Program-made: the position numbers and the translations under genes
Notes under the pieces: model-generated
Databases searched by the model: none
What the model saw: the letters and a program-made list of their open reading frames with translations, nothing else
Told to the model about the DNA's origin: nothing
NCBI GenBank assembly: GCA_049970495.1
Contig: JBMFMV010000009.1
Span: 1 to 40,306 of the forward strand
DNA length: 40,306 bases
Direction: 5' to 3'
Source: a bacterium
Lineage (GTDB): Bacteria > DUMJ01
Shown here: one piece after another, positions 1 through 8,683 of the stretch
How the letters are laid out: each line of letters opens with the position of its first letter
How positions within the stretch are numbered: the first letter of the stretch is position 1

Positions 1-293
1 GTATTAAGCCGTATACGAAGTTCAAGGGAGAGGTATACGTACTGACTAAAGAAGAGGGAGGAAGACACACTCCATTTTTCAATGGATACAGGCCACAATT
101 TTACTTTAGGACAACAGATGTGACAGGGACGATAAAGTTACCAGAAGGGGTAGAGATGGTAATGCCAGGGGACAATATAACTATGGAAGTAGAATTGATA
201 GTACCTGTAGCACTTGAAGAAGGTTTAAGATTTGCAATTAGGGAAGGAGGTAGGACAGTAGGGGCTGGTGTAATAACCCAGCTCTTAGGATAG
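1..293 (+). CDS. tuf: Elongation factor Tu, C-terminal fragment (truncated by window start)
   Basis: The frame from nt 3 reads [42 protein letters not shown]...[24 protein letters not shown], which is EF-Tu domain III. Stop TAG at 291-293. Confidence 0.98.
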   Translation, partial: IKPYTKFKGEVYVLTKEEGGRHTPFFNGYRPQFYFRTTDVTGTIKLPEGVEMVMPGDNITMEVELIVPVALEEGLRFAIREGGRTVGAGVITQLLG

Positions 294-295
294 TT

Positions 296-448
296 ATGCC
301 TAGAGATATCATAACTTTGGCTTGTACAGAGTGTAAACGTAGAAATTATACTACTACTAAGAATAAGAAGAATACTACTAATAGGTTAGAGCTTAGAAAA
401 TTTTGCCCCTTCTGTAGGAAACATACTGTACATAGAGAGGTAAGATAA
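296..448 (+). CDS. rpmG: 50S ribosomal protein L33 (zinc-binding C+ type), 50 aa
   Basis: Manual translation [50 protein letters not shown]. Two CxxC motifs; canonical position after tuf. Confidence 0.97.
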   Translation: MPRDIITLACTECKRRNYTTTKNKKNTTNRLELRKFCPFCRKHTVHREVR

Positions 449-452
449 AACT

Positions 453-528
453 AGGCCCGTAGCTCAATTGGCAGAGCACTGGTCTCCAAAACCAGGTGTT
501 GCGGGTTCGAGTCCTGCCGGGCCTGCCA
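453..528 (+). tRNA. trnW: tRNA-Trp (CCA)
   Basis: 76-nt cloverleaf: acceptor AGGCCCG/CGGGCCT, anticodon arm CTGGT-CTCCAAA-ACCAG, T arm GCGGG-TTCGAGT-CCTGC, encoded 3' CCA. Confidence 0.97.
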
Positions 529-552
529 TTTAAATATCTGAGGTAAAAATAT

Positions 553-1287
553 ATGTTTAGAGGTATATATACAGGAACCTCGGGGATGTTAGCTGAATTG
601 GTAAGGGTTAATGTGATATCTAATAATCTTGCTAATTCTGCTACTGTTGGTTACAAAAGAAGCCAAACAGTGATTAGAAGTTTCCCCGAGGTTTTTTTAT
701 ACAAGTTTCAAAACTATAGAGAACCTCTGCCTCTAGGAGTTATAGGGACAGGGGCTTATGTTGACAGGGTATCGACTTTAAATTCTCCTGGAAATTATGT
801 TCCGTCTGAGAATCCTCTAGATATAGCCATAAAAAATGGATTCCTTGTCGTTAACACTCCTGTAGGGGAGAGATTTACTAAGAATGGACAGCTCACTATA
901 AATAGCGAAGGATATCTTTCTACCTCAGATGGATACTTAGTACTTGGAGAGAATGGTCCAATCAGGATTCCTCAGGGTAGGTCTATAGTGTTTAGTAGTA
1001 GAGGGGAAGTCATAGTAGATGGGGAAGTTATTGATATACTTAGGGTTGTTATTCCTCAAGGAGGTGATTTGATAGAGAAGGTAGGAGAAAATTTAGTAGA
1101 CTTTAATCCTCAGCCTGTTCAACCAGATTTAGAACAGTACGCTTTAGAGAGTTCTAATGTTAATACTGTAAGAGAGATGGTTGAACTTATCTCAGCTTAT
1201 AGGGCTTATGAGTCTAATCAAAAAATAGTACAAGCTGAGGATAGTATTACGGAGAGATTGATTTCTGATTTAGGAAGATTTGCTTAA
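553..1287 (+). CDS. flgF: Flagellar basal-body rod protein FlgF (FlgF/FlgG family)
   Basis: N-terminal ISNNLAN..TVGYK motif, NPLDIAI...TKNGQL, C-terminal LESSNVNTVREMVELISAYRAYESN. SD GAGGT; lies upstream of flgG. Confidence 0.88.
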   Translation: MFRGIYTGTSGMLAELVRVNVISNNLANSATVGYKRSQTVIRSFPEVFLYKFQNYREPLPLGVIGTGAYVDRVSTLNSPGNYVPSENPLDIAIKNGFLVVNTPVGERFTKNGQLTINSEGYLSTSDGYLVLGENGPIRIPQGRSIVFSSRGEVIVDGEVIDILRVVIPQGGDLIEKVGENLVDFNPQPVQPDLEQYALESSNVNTVREMVELISAYRAYESNQKIVQAEDSITERLISDLGRFA

Positions 1288-1291
1288 AGTC

Positions 1292-1322
1292 TGCCAGCTG
1301 GACTGCTACGCAGGGGCTGGCA
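1292..1322 (+). promoter_or_regulatory. GC-rich intergenic RNA hairpin between flgF and flgG
   Basis: TGCCAGC(1292-1298)/GCTGGCA(1316-1322) outer stem and CTGC/GCAG inner stem. No immediate U tract. Confidence 0.55.
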
Positions 1323-1341
1323 AAATTTTGGAGGTGAATTT

Positions 1342-2130
1342 ATGATTCCTGCATTATGGAGTGCAGCCTCTGGTATGTTGGCGCAGCAGTTAAATCTAGA
1401 TGTAATAGCCAATAACTTGGCGAATGTAAATACTACTGGTTTTAAGAAGAGTAGAGTTGATTTTCAGGATCTCTTATACAACACTATTAGAGCGGCTGGA
1501 GCATTGATAGCTCAGGGGGCACAGGTTCCAACAAGTGTTCAGGTAGGACATGGGGTAAGAGCAGTTGCAATACAGAAGCTCTTTTCTCAGGGGGATTTTC
1601 AGCAGACACAGAATACATTAGACCTTGTTATCGAAGGAGATGGTTTCTTTCAGATAACTATGCCTGATGGCTCAGTTGCATATACTAGAGATGGGGCATT
1701 TAAAAAGGACAGTCAGGGAAGAATTGTAAATTCGGATGGGTTACCTATAGCTCCTGAGATTATCATCCCCCCTGAGGCAACAAGTATTGCTATTACTAGT
1801 GATGGCACTGTCTCTGTTACTCTTCCTGGTTCTACAGACTTTCAGACTTTAGGACAGATTCAGCTTGCAAAGTTTATTAATCCTTCTGGTTTGGAAAGTA
1901 TTGGAAGAAATTTATTTAGGGCAACTGCTGCATCTGGGGCTCCAATCATTGGAAATCCTGGGGATAGCGGATTTGGAACGATTGCTCAGGGTTTTATAGA
2001 GATGTCAAATGTAAAAGTTGTAGAAGAGATGGTAAATATGATCGTAGCTCAGAGGGCTTATGAGGTTAATGCTAGAGCCATACAGGCGTCAGATGATATC
2101 CTCCAGATAGCTAATACATTACGTAGGTAA
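1342..2130 (+). CDS. flgG: Flagellar basal-body distal rod protein FlgG
   Basis: [73 protein letters not shown]. 262 aa; SD GGAGGTGA. Confidence 0.97.
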   Translation: MIPALWSAASGMLAQQLNLDVIANNLANVNTTGFKKSRVDFQDLLYNTIRAAGALIAQGAQVPTSVQVGHGVRAVAIQKLFSQGDFQQTQNTLDLVIEGDGFFQITMPDGSVAYTRDGAFKKDSQGRIVNSDGLPIAPEIIIPPEATSIAITSDGTVSVTLPGSTDFQTLGQIQLAKFINPSGLESIGRNLFRATAASGAPIIGNPGDSGFGTIAQGFIEMSNVKVVEEMVNMIVAQRAYEVNARAIQASDDILQIANTLRR

Positions 2131-2135
2131 ATAGG

Positions 2136-3059
2136 ATGAGAAGATTATATCTTCTCTTCTTGGTTCTGATTCTTCTGTTATCGCAGGATGTTTCATTTGC
2201 TTCCTTATTGAAGTTAAAGTCCTTAGTTAGTGTGAGCGGGGATAGAGTTTACCTTAAAGATATATTAGAGGATTCTTCAGAAATACCAGAAGGTTTTCTT
2301 GATGTAGAACTTTTCCCTGCTCCTCCTTTGGGTAAAAGTGTAGTCTATTCTTTTCAGTATATAAAACAGATTCTTGCTATGAAGCTTCCTGCTTTATTAA
2401 AAGATAGAGATTTGTCATCTATCGATAAGATTGTTTTTACTCGAACTGCTCAGGTAATCTCTGGCGGAGAATTAGTCTCCATAGTAAGAGAACGCTTGAG
2501 AGTTCCTACCTTAGAACCTCTTACAAAAGAAATCCCTAGTATAACTTTACCTGAAGGAAAACTAAGGATAGATATAAAACAGTTGAGCTCAGTAAACAGT
2601 AGGGTCTTAGTTGTGAAGGTTTCTTTCTACGTAGATGATAAGTATATAAAGGCCATTAACCTGTCATTTAAGGCCGATATTAAAAGGATTTTTTATGTGG
2701 CAAAGGTCTATATTCCTAAAGGAACTATTATTACTGAAGAGATGATAGTAGAAAAAGTATCAGATAATATAGCGTTTTCTGCTATAGAAAAGAAGGAGGA
2801 TATAATAGGTAAAGCTACTACTAGAGTACTATATCCTGGGCAGATCATTACTTCTAATGCCTTAGTTGAGCCTCCTCTTGTAAATAAGAATGAGGAAGTC
2901 GAAGCAATTAGACGTATCGGAAATCTTATAATATCTACTAAACTCATAGCACTTCAAGATGGGTATTTTGGCCAGACTATAAGGTTAAGAAATCCTTCTA
3001 GTTTTAAGGAGGTTTTAGGTACAGTAGTAGGGAAAGGTAAGGTGGAGGTCTTCAAATGA
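2136..3059 (+). CDS. flgA: Flagellar basal-body P-ring formation chaperone FlgA (long form)
   Basis: Signal peptide, SAF-like segment (IPKGTIITEEMI...IIGK), C-terminal PPLVNKNEEV...ALQDGYFGQTIRLRNPSS.KEVLGTVVG. Lies between flgG and flgH. Confidence 0.88.
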   Translation: MRRLYLLFLVLILLLSQDVSFASLLKLKSLVSVSGDRVYLKDILEDSSEIPEGFLDVELFPAPPLGKSVVYSFQYIKQILAMKLPALLKDRDLSSIDKIVFTRTAQVISGGELVSIVRERLRVPTLEPLTKEIPSITLPEGKLRIDIKQLSSVNSRVLVVKVSFYVDDKYIKAINLSFKADIKRIFYVAKVYIPKGTIITEEMIVEKVSDNIAFSAIEKKEDIIGKATTRVLYPGQIITSNALVEPPLVNKNEEVEAIRRIGNLIISTKLIALQDGYFGQTIRLRNPSSFKEVLGTVVGKGKVEVFK

Positions 3060-3616
3060 GAAGAGTAATATCTGTTTTAATTATATTTATAGGTATTTTA
3101 AATTTAGGTTTGGTTAAGTCGCTCTATACAGACCATAAGGCATTTACTAAGGGAGATACAGTAATGGTCATAATAACTGAATATACCCAAGCAAATCAAC
3201 AGATGGGGAGTGGGACTAACAAGTCAGTTAATTTAAAAGGAGGGCCAGGAGTAGGTCTTTTTGATTTTATTACTGCGTTTTTTGTTGAACTTTCTTCAGC
3301 CTTTTCTGGATCAAGAAGTACTTCTCAGGCGGCTAATTTTTCAGGTAATGTCGGCGCAATTGTAAAAGATGTCTTACCTAACGGACTTCTTTTAATAGAG
3401 GGTTCTAAGGTGGTAACTGTTAACAATGAAGAACAGACGGTCTATATAAAGGGTCTTGTTAGGCCAGAAGATATAAGCAAAGATAATTCTATCTATTCTT
3501 CTAAGGTAGTAGATCTAGAGGTTAGGTACCAAAGCTCAGCACCAAAATCTAGGGATGGTGGTATACTTTCTATGATACTTTACTGGATCAAAGAACTTTT
3601 AAGACTTATATTCTAG
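3056..3616 (+). CDS. flgH: Flagellar L-ring protein FlgH (no lipobox Cys)
   Basis: SLYTDHKA..GDTVMVIITE, VKDVLPNGLLLIEGSK.VTVNNE...GLVRPEDISKDNSIYSSKVVD. ATGA overlap with flgA. Confidence 0.92.
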   Translation: MRRVISVLIIFIGILNLGLVKSLYTDHKAFTKGDTVMVIITEYTQANQQMGSGTNKSVNLKGGPGVGLFDFITAFFVELSSAFSGSRSTSQAANFSGNVGAIVKDVLPNGLLLIEGSKVVTVNNEEQTVYIKGLVRPEDISKDNSIYSSKVVDLEVRYQSSAPKSRDGGILSMILYWIKELLRLIF

Positions 3617-3627
3617 TGGGGTGAAAA

Positions 3628-4623
3628 GTGATGAATAAGTTTTTTGTAATATTTTTAGTGATATTTGTTTTATTAAACTCTACTGTTTATGGGGCTAGAA
3701 TAAAAGATATAGTTCAACTTCAAGGGATAGATCGTATTCATCTGGTAGGCATGGGTTTAGTTGTTGGACTCCAGGGTACGGGAGATAGGAATATTTCTTT
3801 GGCCCAACAAATGTTGGCAAATATGAGTAAAAATTTGGGTATAACAATATCTCAGGATCTTATAAAACCTAGAAATGTAGCTGTAGTAACTGTTACTGTT
3901 GATGTTCCTTCTTATGCTAAAGAGGGGGACCTTTTTGATGTGCAAGTCTCTAGTAATCTTGATGCTACTAGCCTGCAAGGCGGGATTCTTTTAGACACCC
4001 CTCTTATCTCTCCGGTTACTGGAGAAGAACTAGCTAGAGCTCAGGGACCTGTATCTGTTGGTGGCATAGATATAACTGGAAAGGTGCGCAGTAAGTCTCC
4101 ACTTACTGTTGGGATTGTCTTCAATGGAGGCAAGATTGTAAAGAGTTTAGGGGGTAGTATAAATTCTAAACAGATTAGGTTCTCTTTAAGGAATCCAGAT
4201 TTTACCACCGCTCAGAGAATAGTAACTGTGATAAATGATAAATTTCCTAATACTGCTAAGGCTATAGATTCTTCTACGGTAGAGATAGCAGTTCCTCAAG
4301 ACTATCAGAATAATGTGGTTAATTTCATAGCTCAGATAGAAGGCTTGACCATTATTCCTGATATGTCTGCTAAGATAGTGATAAATGAAAGGACAGGTGT
4401 TATAGTAATGGGCAAGGAGGTACTTTTACTTCCTGTCGCTATAGAGTATAATAATATCAAGTTGACTATAATTGCATCACAGAATGAAAATGCAAAAGAG
4501 GTTACTCTTGGAGATTTAGTACAAGCATTAAATACACTAGGAGCAACTCCTAAGGATATAATAGGTGTGATTTCAGCTTTAAAAGAGGCCGGAGCCTTAC
4601 AGGGGGAGTTGGTATTTCAATAG
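3628..4623 (+). CDS. flgI: Flagellar P-ring protein FlgI
   Basis: ARIKDI, LVGMGLVVGLQGTGD, NVAVVTVT, DATSLQGGILL.TPL, NPDFTTA, AKIVINERTGVIV, LVQALNTLGATPKDII..LKEAGALQGEL. Start could be ATG 3631. Confidence 0.96.
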   Translation: MMNKFFVIFLVIFVLLNSTVYGARIKDIVQLQGIDRIHLVGMGLVVGLQGTGDRNISLAQQMLANMSKNLGITISQDLIKPRNVAVVTVTVDVPSYAKEGDLFDVQVSSNLDATSLQGGILLDTPLISPVTGEELARAQGPVSVGGIDITGKVRSKSPLTVGIVFNGGKIVKSLGGSINSKQIRFSLRNPDFTTAQRIVTVINDKFPNTAKAIDSSTVEIAVPQDYQNNVVNFIAQIEGLTIIPDMSAKIVINERTGVIVMGKEVLLLPVAIEYNNIKLTIIASQNENAKEVTLGDLVQALNTLGATPKDIIGVISALKEAGALQGELVFQ

Positions 4624-4896
4624 ATGTATATAGAAGATGTTAGGTCAATATTGAACTATAGATTAAAAGATGAAGAGAAGCTTAGGATATTGACTAATGA
4701 GTTTGTTTCTATTTTCTGGAACATTCTACTTAAGGAGGCAAGAGACTCAGTAGAGTTAATGTCTCCAGAAACTCCATCTTTTGCTCTATACACTTATTAT
4801 AGCTGGTTTGATAGTGAAGTGTCTAGAATTTTAGCTAAGAGTAATAGTAGTTTGGCAGATATGTTATATAAAGAGCTGATTAGGAGTTTAAAATAG
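4624..4896 (+). CDS. flgJ: Short FlgJ-like rod-binding protein (no muramidase domain)
   Basis: 90 aa directly after flgI. EEKLR...EFVSIFWNILLKEAR...Y..WFDSEVSRILAKS.SSLADMLYKEL resembles the FlgJ N-terminal rod-binding domain. Confidence 0.72.
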   Translation: MYIEDVRSILNYRLKDEEKLRILTNEFVSIFWNILLKEARDSVELMSPETPSFALYTYYSWFDSEVSRILAKSNSSLADMLYKELIRSLK

Positions 4897-5748
4897 ATGA
4901 ATAGTAAATTGACGTTAGATAAGTTGTTAGATAGGGTGGATAAACTTCCTGCTCTGCCTCATGTAATCTCTATGGCTTTAAGAAAGATAGACGATGCAAG
5001 GAGCTCTATTACTGATATAGCTAAAACTATCTCAGTGGACGATGGTTTGGTAGCTAACGTTTTAAAGTTAGCTAATTCCGCATACTATGGGTTTCCAAGA
5101 CGTGTTGTCTCTGTAACTGAGGCCGTTGTAATACTTGGACTTAATACCTTAAAGAGTCTTATTTATGCAACTTTAGCTAAAGATTTTCTTGGTAAAGAGG
5201 TAAAGGGATATGCCTTAGATAAGGGTGAACTTTGGCGACATTCTATAGCATGTGCTATTATCTCTAGAGAGATTGCCCGTAAGAGACGACTTGGGGATAT
5301 TGAAGCCTTTTTTGTTGCTGGGTTATTGCATGATATAGGAAAGATAGTTTTAGGTGAATATCTACAGCCAGAGTATGAAGAGGTGATAAGAAGGGTTTCG
5401 GAATCCAAGGTGCCTTTTAATGTTATTGAAAAGGAGATCTTAGGGTTTGACCATCAAGAGGCAGGAGGGTTTTTAGCTAAAAAATGGAATCTTCCAGATT
5501 TTCTAGTCTCAGCTATAAGATATCACCATAATCCTGAGGATACGGATAACATCTCTTCTAAAGTGGTCCATGTAAGTGATGGTATTACTCTGATGATGGG
5601 ATATGGCTTAGGGATAGATGGACTTATGTATTCAATCTCTGGAGATATCTTAGAAGAACTTGGTTTTAAGGATGAGTCTTCTATTGAAGATTTTGTATCT
5701 TATGTTGATAAACTTCTTATAGCTGCTTATCAGTTCTTTGAGCTATGA
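4897..5748 (+). CDS. HDOD-domain signal transduction protein
   Basis: LPALP, D.GLVANVLKLANSAYYG, AVVILG, LWRHS, AGLLHDIGK, E..ILGFDH..AGGFLAKKWNLP...AIRYHHNP. Confidence 0.93.
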   Translation: MNSKLTLDKLLDRVDKLPALPHVISMALRKIDDARSSITDIAKTISVDDGLVANVLKLANSAYYGFPRRVVSVTEAVVILGLNTLKSLIYATLAKDFLGKEVKGYALDKGELWRHSIACAIISREIARKRRLGDIEAFFVAGLLHDIGKIVLGEYLQPEYEEVIRRVSESKVPFNVIEKEILGFDHQEAGGFLAKKWNLPDFLVSAIRYHHNPEDTDNISSKVVHVSDGITLMMGYGLGIDGLMYSISGDILEELGFKDESSIEDFVSYVDKLLIAAYQFFEL

Positions 5749-7835
5749 AAGAGCTAGTTGCAATAGATGTAGGGACACGTAGTGTAAAGGGAGTAGTGGG
5801 AGTTTTAGAAGATAAGATCAAGGTATTGGCATCTTCATTCAAAGAGCATCCCACTAGAGCTATGCTTGATGGGCAGGTTCACAATGTCCCTCAGGTAGCT
5901 AATATTATTAGATTAGTAAAGGAGGATTTAGAGAAAAAAGTAAAGGTAAAGATTACGGAGAGTGCTACCGCAGTAGCAGGAAGGGCTCTTATTACAAAAA
6001 AGGGAAGAGCTCAGTTAGATTTTCCTGTATTTACAACATTTACCCAGAATCATATAAATACCCTAGAGTGGAATGCATTATATTCAGCCAGGAATCTATT
6101 ATATACAGAGAATAACTTAGAGGCTTGGGATTATATATGTGTTGGATATAGTGTCACGAGATATCTCTTGGATGGAATCTTAATAGACTCTCTCGTTGGT
6201 CAGAGGGGAAAGAGTATCTCTTGTGAGGTAATAGCTACCTTTTTACCTAGAGTAGTTATAGATGCCTTAGTCTCTGCCTTCGAATTTGCAGAATTAAAGA
6301 TAGCCCTTATGACTCTTGAGCCCATTTCTGCTATAGACCTAGTTGTTCCTCAGGATTTGAGGAAGTTAAATATAGTGCTTTTAGATATAGGAGCAGGTAC
6401 CTCCGATATAGCGATATCTAAGGATGGAACAATATTGGGCTATGGAATGGTTCCCTTTGCAGGGGATGAGATTACAGAATCTATAATGAGGTCTTTATTG
6501 GTGGATTTTTCTACCGCTGAAAATATAAAGAAGAGTAAAGAAGAAGAACTCACCTTTAAAGATATATTGGGTAATAGTAGAAAGATTACTAAAAAAGACA
6601 TCTTAAATATTATTAGTCCTGTATTGGAGAATATAGCCATAAGGATAGGTGAGAAGATCCTTGAATTGAATGAAAAGCCACCTGAAATCCTAATCTGTGT
6701 CGGTGGAGGTAGCCTTACCCCCTCTCTAAAAGAAAGCCTTTCTAGGGTCTTAGGAATTCCATTAGAAAGAATAGCTATAAAGGATATGACTTCTTTAGGA
6801 TTAGTATCTGGAAGGAAACTAACTGGACCAGAATGGATAACTCCTGTAGGTATATTAAATTCCTATTTTAATCAGAAAGGTTTTGTCCCTATAGAAATTT
6901 GGGTAAATGGAGAAAGGGTAAGACTGCTCGATACAGGTATTATAACGGTAAATGACCTTATCGTATCTAGTGGTCTTTCTCCTTGGTTAGTTTATGGAGA
7001 ACCAGGAAGGGGAATGACCGTTGAGGTAAATGGTAGTATAAAAGTCTTCCCTGGAGAAAGAGGTAAACCTGCTAAGATTATCGTTAACGGTGAGCTTGCA
7101 GATCTTGACACTAGGATAAAAGCTGGTGATGAGATAGAGATTATCCCGGGTGAAAGAGGCATGGACGCTGTTATATCTATAGAAGACCTTTTGAATACTA
7201 TTGATGCTCCAAGAGTGAGGGTAAACGAAAAGGAGTATGAGCTACCGATGGAGGTCCTTTTAGATGGAAAACCTACTGATAAAAGTTCTTTACTTTATGA
7301 TAGGGCAAGAGTCGAAGTGAAGGTTAATATAAGTCTATATGAGTTCCTTAAAAGTATAGGCGTAGAGACTAGACCAAAAGTATTTACTTACACTTTGAAT
7401 GGAAATAGATACTCAGTTAATTGGAGCCCTTATGTGATTTACTTAAATGGAAGGTCAGTGGATAATGATATTGGATTAAATCCAGGAGATATTATAGAGA
7501 TAAAATACAGAGGCCATCCAGCAGTAAGGGATATATTGGGTGAAGATTTATTTAAAGGGGGATATACGATAAGCGTAATGGTTAATAATGAGGAATTGAA
7601 AATTACCTGTGGTAAGAGTATATTTTTGAATGGTAAAAAGATAGATCCGTTATCTCCATTTTTAGAAGGAGATTATGAGATAGTTCCTTTATATCAACCG
7701 ATAATAGCAGATGTACTCAATTATATCCCTATAGAAGGTAATGTTCAATTTATTGAGATGAAGTTAAATGGAGATCCCGTATCTTTTAGCTCTCCTATAA
7801 AAGATGGGGATAAAATTGAGATAAGGTGGCAATAA
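5745..7835 (+). CDS. FtsA/PilM-like actin-superfamily ATPase fused to tandem beta-grasp (ThiS/MoaD-like) repeats
   Basis: Actin-fold motifs IDVGTRSVKG, TLEPISA, LDIGAGTSD, AGDEIT, CVGGGSLT. The C-terminal ~320 aa carry repeated hNG...GDxIEI units. ATGA overlap with the HDOD gene. Confidence 0.85.
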   Translation: MKELVAIDVGTRSVKGVVGVLEDKIKVLASSFKEHPTRAMLDGQVHNVPQVANIIRLVKEDLEKKVKVKITESATAVAGRALITKKGRAQLDFPVFTTFTQNHINTLEWNALYSARNLLYTENNLEAWDYICVGYSVTRYLLDGILIDSLVGQRGKSISCEVIATFLPRVVIDALVSAFEFAELKIALMTLEPISAIDLVVPQDLRKLNIVLLDIGAGTSDIAISKDGTILGYGMVPFAGDEITESIMRSLLVDFSTAENIKKSKEEELTFKDILGNSRKITKKDILNIISPVLENIAIRIGEKILELNEKPPEILICVGGGSLTPSLKESLSRVLGIPLERIAIKDMTSLGLVSGRKLTGPEWITPVGILNSYFNQKGFVPIEIWVNGERVRLLDTGIITVNDLIVSSGLSPWLVYGEPGRGMTVEVNGSIKVFPGERGKPAKIIVNGELADLDTRIKAGDEIEIIPGERGMDAVISIEDLLNTIDAPRVRVNEKEYELPMEVLLDGKPTDKSSLLYDRARVEVKVNISLYEFLKSIGVETRPKVFTYTLNGNRYSVNWSPYVIYLNGRSVDNDIGLNPGDIIEIKYRGHPAVRDILGEDLFKGGYTISVMVNNEELKITCGKSIFLNGKKIDPLSPFLEGDYEIVPLYQPIIADVLNYIPIEGNVQFIEMKLNGDPVSFSSPIKDGDKIEIRWQ

Positions 7836-7836
7836 T

Positions 7837-8217
7837 ATGCCTTTAGCAAATTGTAAAGAGTGCGGAAGACTTTTTGTGAAGACTTCAAGTGATATATGTC
7901 CTGAGTGTCAGAAGAAGGAGGAGGAAGACTTTAATCGTGTAAAAGAGTATTTAAAAACACATCCTAACGCCAAATTGCAGGATATTGTAGATGCTACTGG
8001 GGTAAGTGAGGCTAAGGTAAGTAAGTTTATAAAGGCAGGAAGGCTTTCTGTAAAACCAATGTGCGAATCTTGTGGGAAACCAATAGATAGTGGTAGATTC
8101 TGTCCAGAATGTAGATTAAAATTACTAACTGAAGTGAGATCTGTTTTAGGTTTTGGCAAGACTAAAGAGCAAGAAGATACATTCCTTTTAGAGTATCTTC
8201 GTAAAAAGAGAACCTGA
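7837..8217 (+). CDS. yvyF: Flagellar operon zinc-ribbon protein, YvyF/TIGR03826 family
   Basis: ANCKECGRLF...ICPEC...FNRVKEYL..HP...IVDATGVS...FIKAGRL...CESCGKPIDSGRFCPEC. Lies upstream of flgN/flgM. Confidence 0.88.
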   Translation: MPLANCKECGRLFVKTSSDICPECQKKEEEDFNRVKEYLKTHPNAKLQDIVDATGVSEAKVSKFIKAGRLSVKPMCESCGKPIDSGRFCPECRLKLLTEVRSVLGFGKTKEQEDTFLLEYLRKKRT

Positions 8218-8224
8218 AATGCTC

Positions 8225-8251
8225 TAAAGTTTTTTATCATAATGCCGATGT
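8225..8251 (+). promoter_or_regulatory. Sigma28 (FliA/SigD) promoter for flgN-flgM-flgK-flgL-fliW-csrA
   Basis: TAAA(8225-8228)-N15-GCCGATGT(8244-8251), matching the consensus TAAA-N15-GCCGATAA, ahead of late flagellar genes. Confidence 0.88.
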
Positions 8252-8263
8252 TCTTTTATAGAT

Positions 8264-8680
8264 ATGGAAGGTGAATTTTTGAATTTGATAGATGCATATA
8301 TAGAAGCCTACGAGTCATTGGTTAAATTATCGAAGGAGATGTACATGTGCCTTATTAATAGGGACCTAAAGATGCTGCTTCAAATAACCAATAGTCAATC
8401 TGAAATAATTGGCAAGTTATTTATGTTAGGAGATAGAGAAGAGGTTAAGAATTTGAGAGGGAAAGATCTAGAATCTTTGATATCTGATCTTCCTTTGGAG
8501 GAACAGTCTGAGGTTAGGAAGAAGTTTGAGTATCTAGAAAGGTTAATTCTCGAGTTAGGAGAGCTTGTAAGAATAAATTCTAGATTACTAGGACGTTCTA
8601 TAGAGCTTTTAGATAAATATGTAGAGTTTTTAAGAAAGAATGTATCTTTAAATTCTATATTTTTGGAAGATAGGGGGTAG
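8264..8680 (+). CDS. flgN: Flagellar export chaperone FlgN
   Basis: Helical protein, YESLVKLSKE...LINRDL..L..IT and L..LVRINSRLL..SIE. Context next to flgM/flgK. True start could be TTG 8279 or 8285 behind AGGTGA. Confidence 0.75.
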   Translation: MEGEFLNLIDAYIEAYESLVKLSKEMYMCLINRDLKMLLQITNSQSEIIGKLFMLGDREEVKNLRGKDLESLISDLPLEEQSEVRKKFEYLERLILELGELVRINSRLLGRSIELLDKYVEFLRKNVSLNSIFLEDRG

Positions 8681-8683
8681 TTT

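Noticed and set aside
5745..7835. Canonical cell-division ftsA, or a ubiquitin-like conjugation system
   Set aside because: No ftsZ/dcw context and an atypical long C-terminus. There is no terminal Gly-Gly and no E1/JAB genes nearby.
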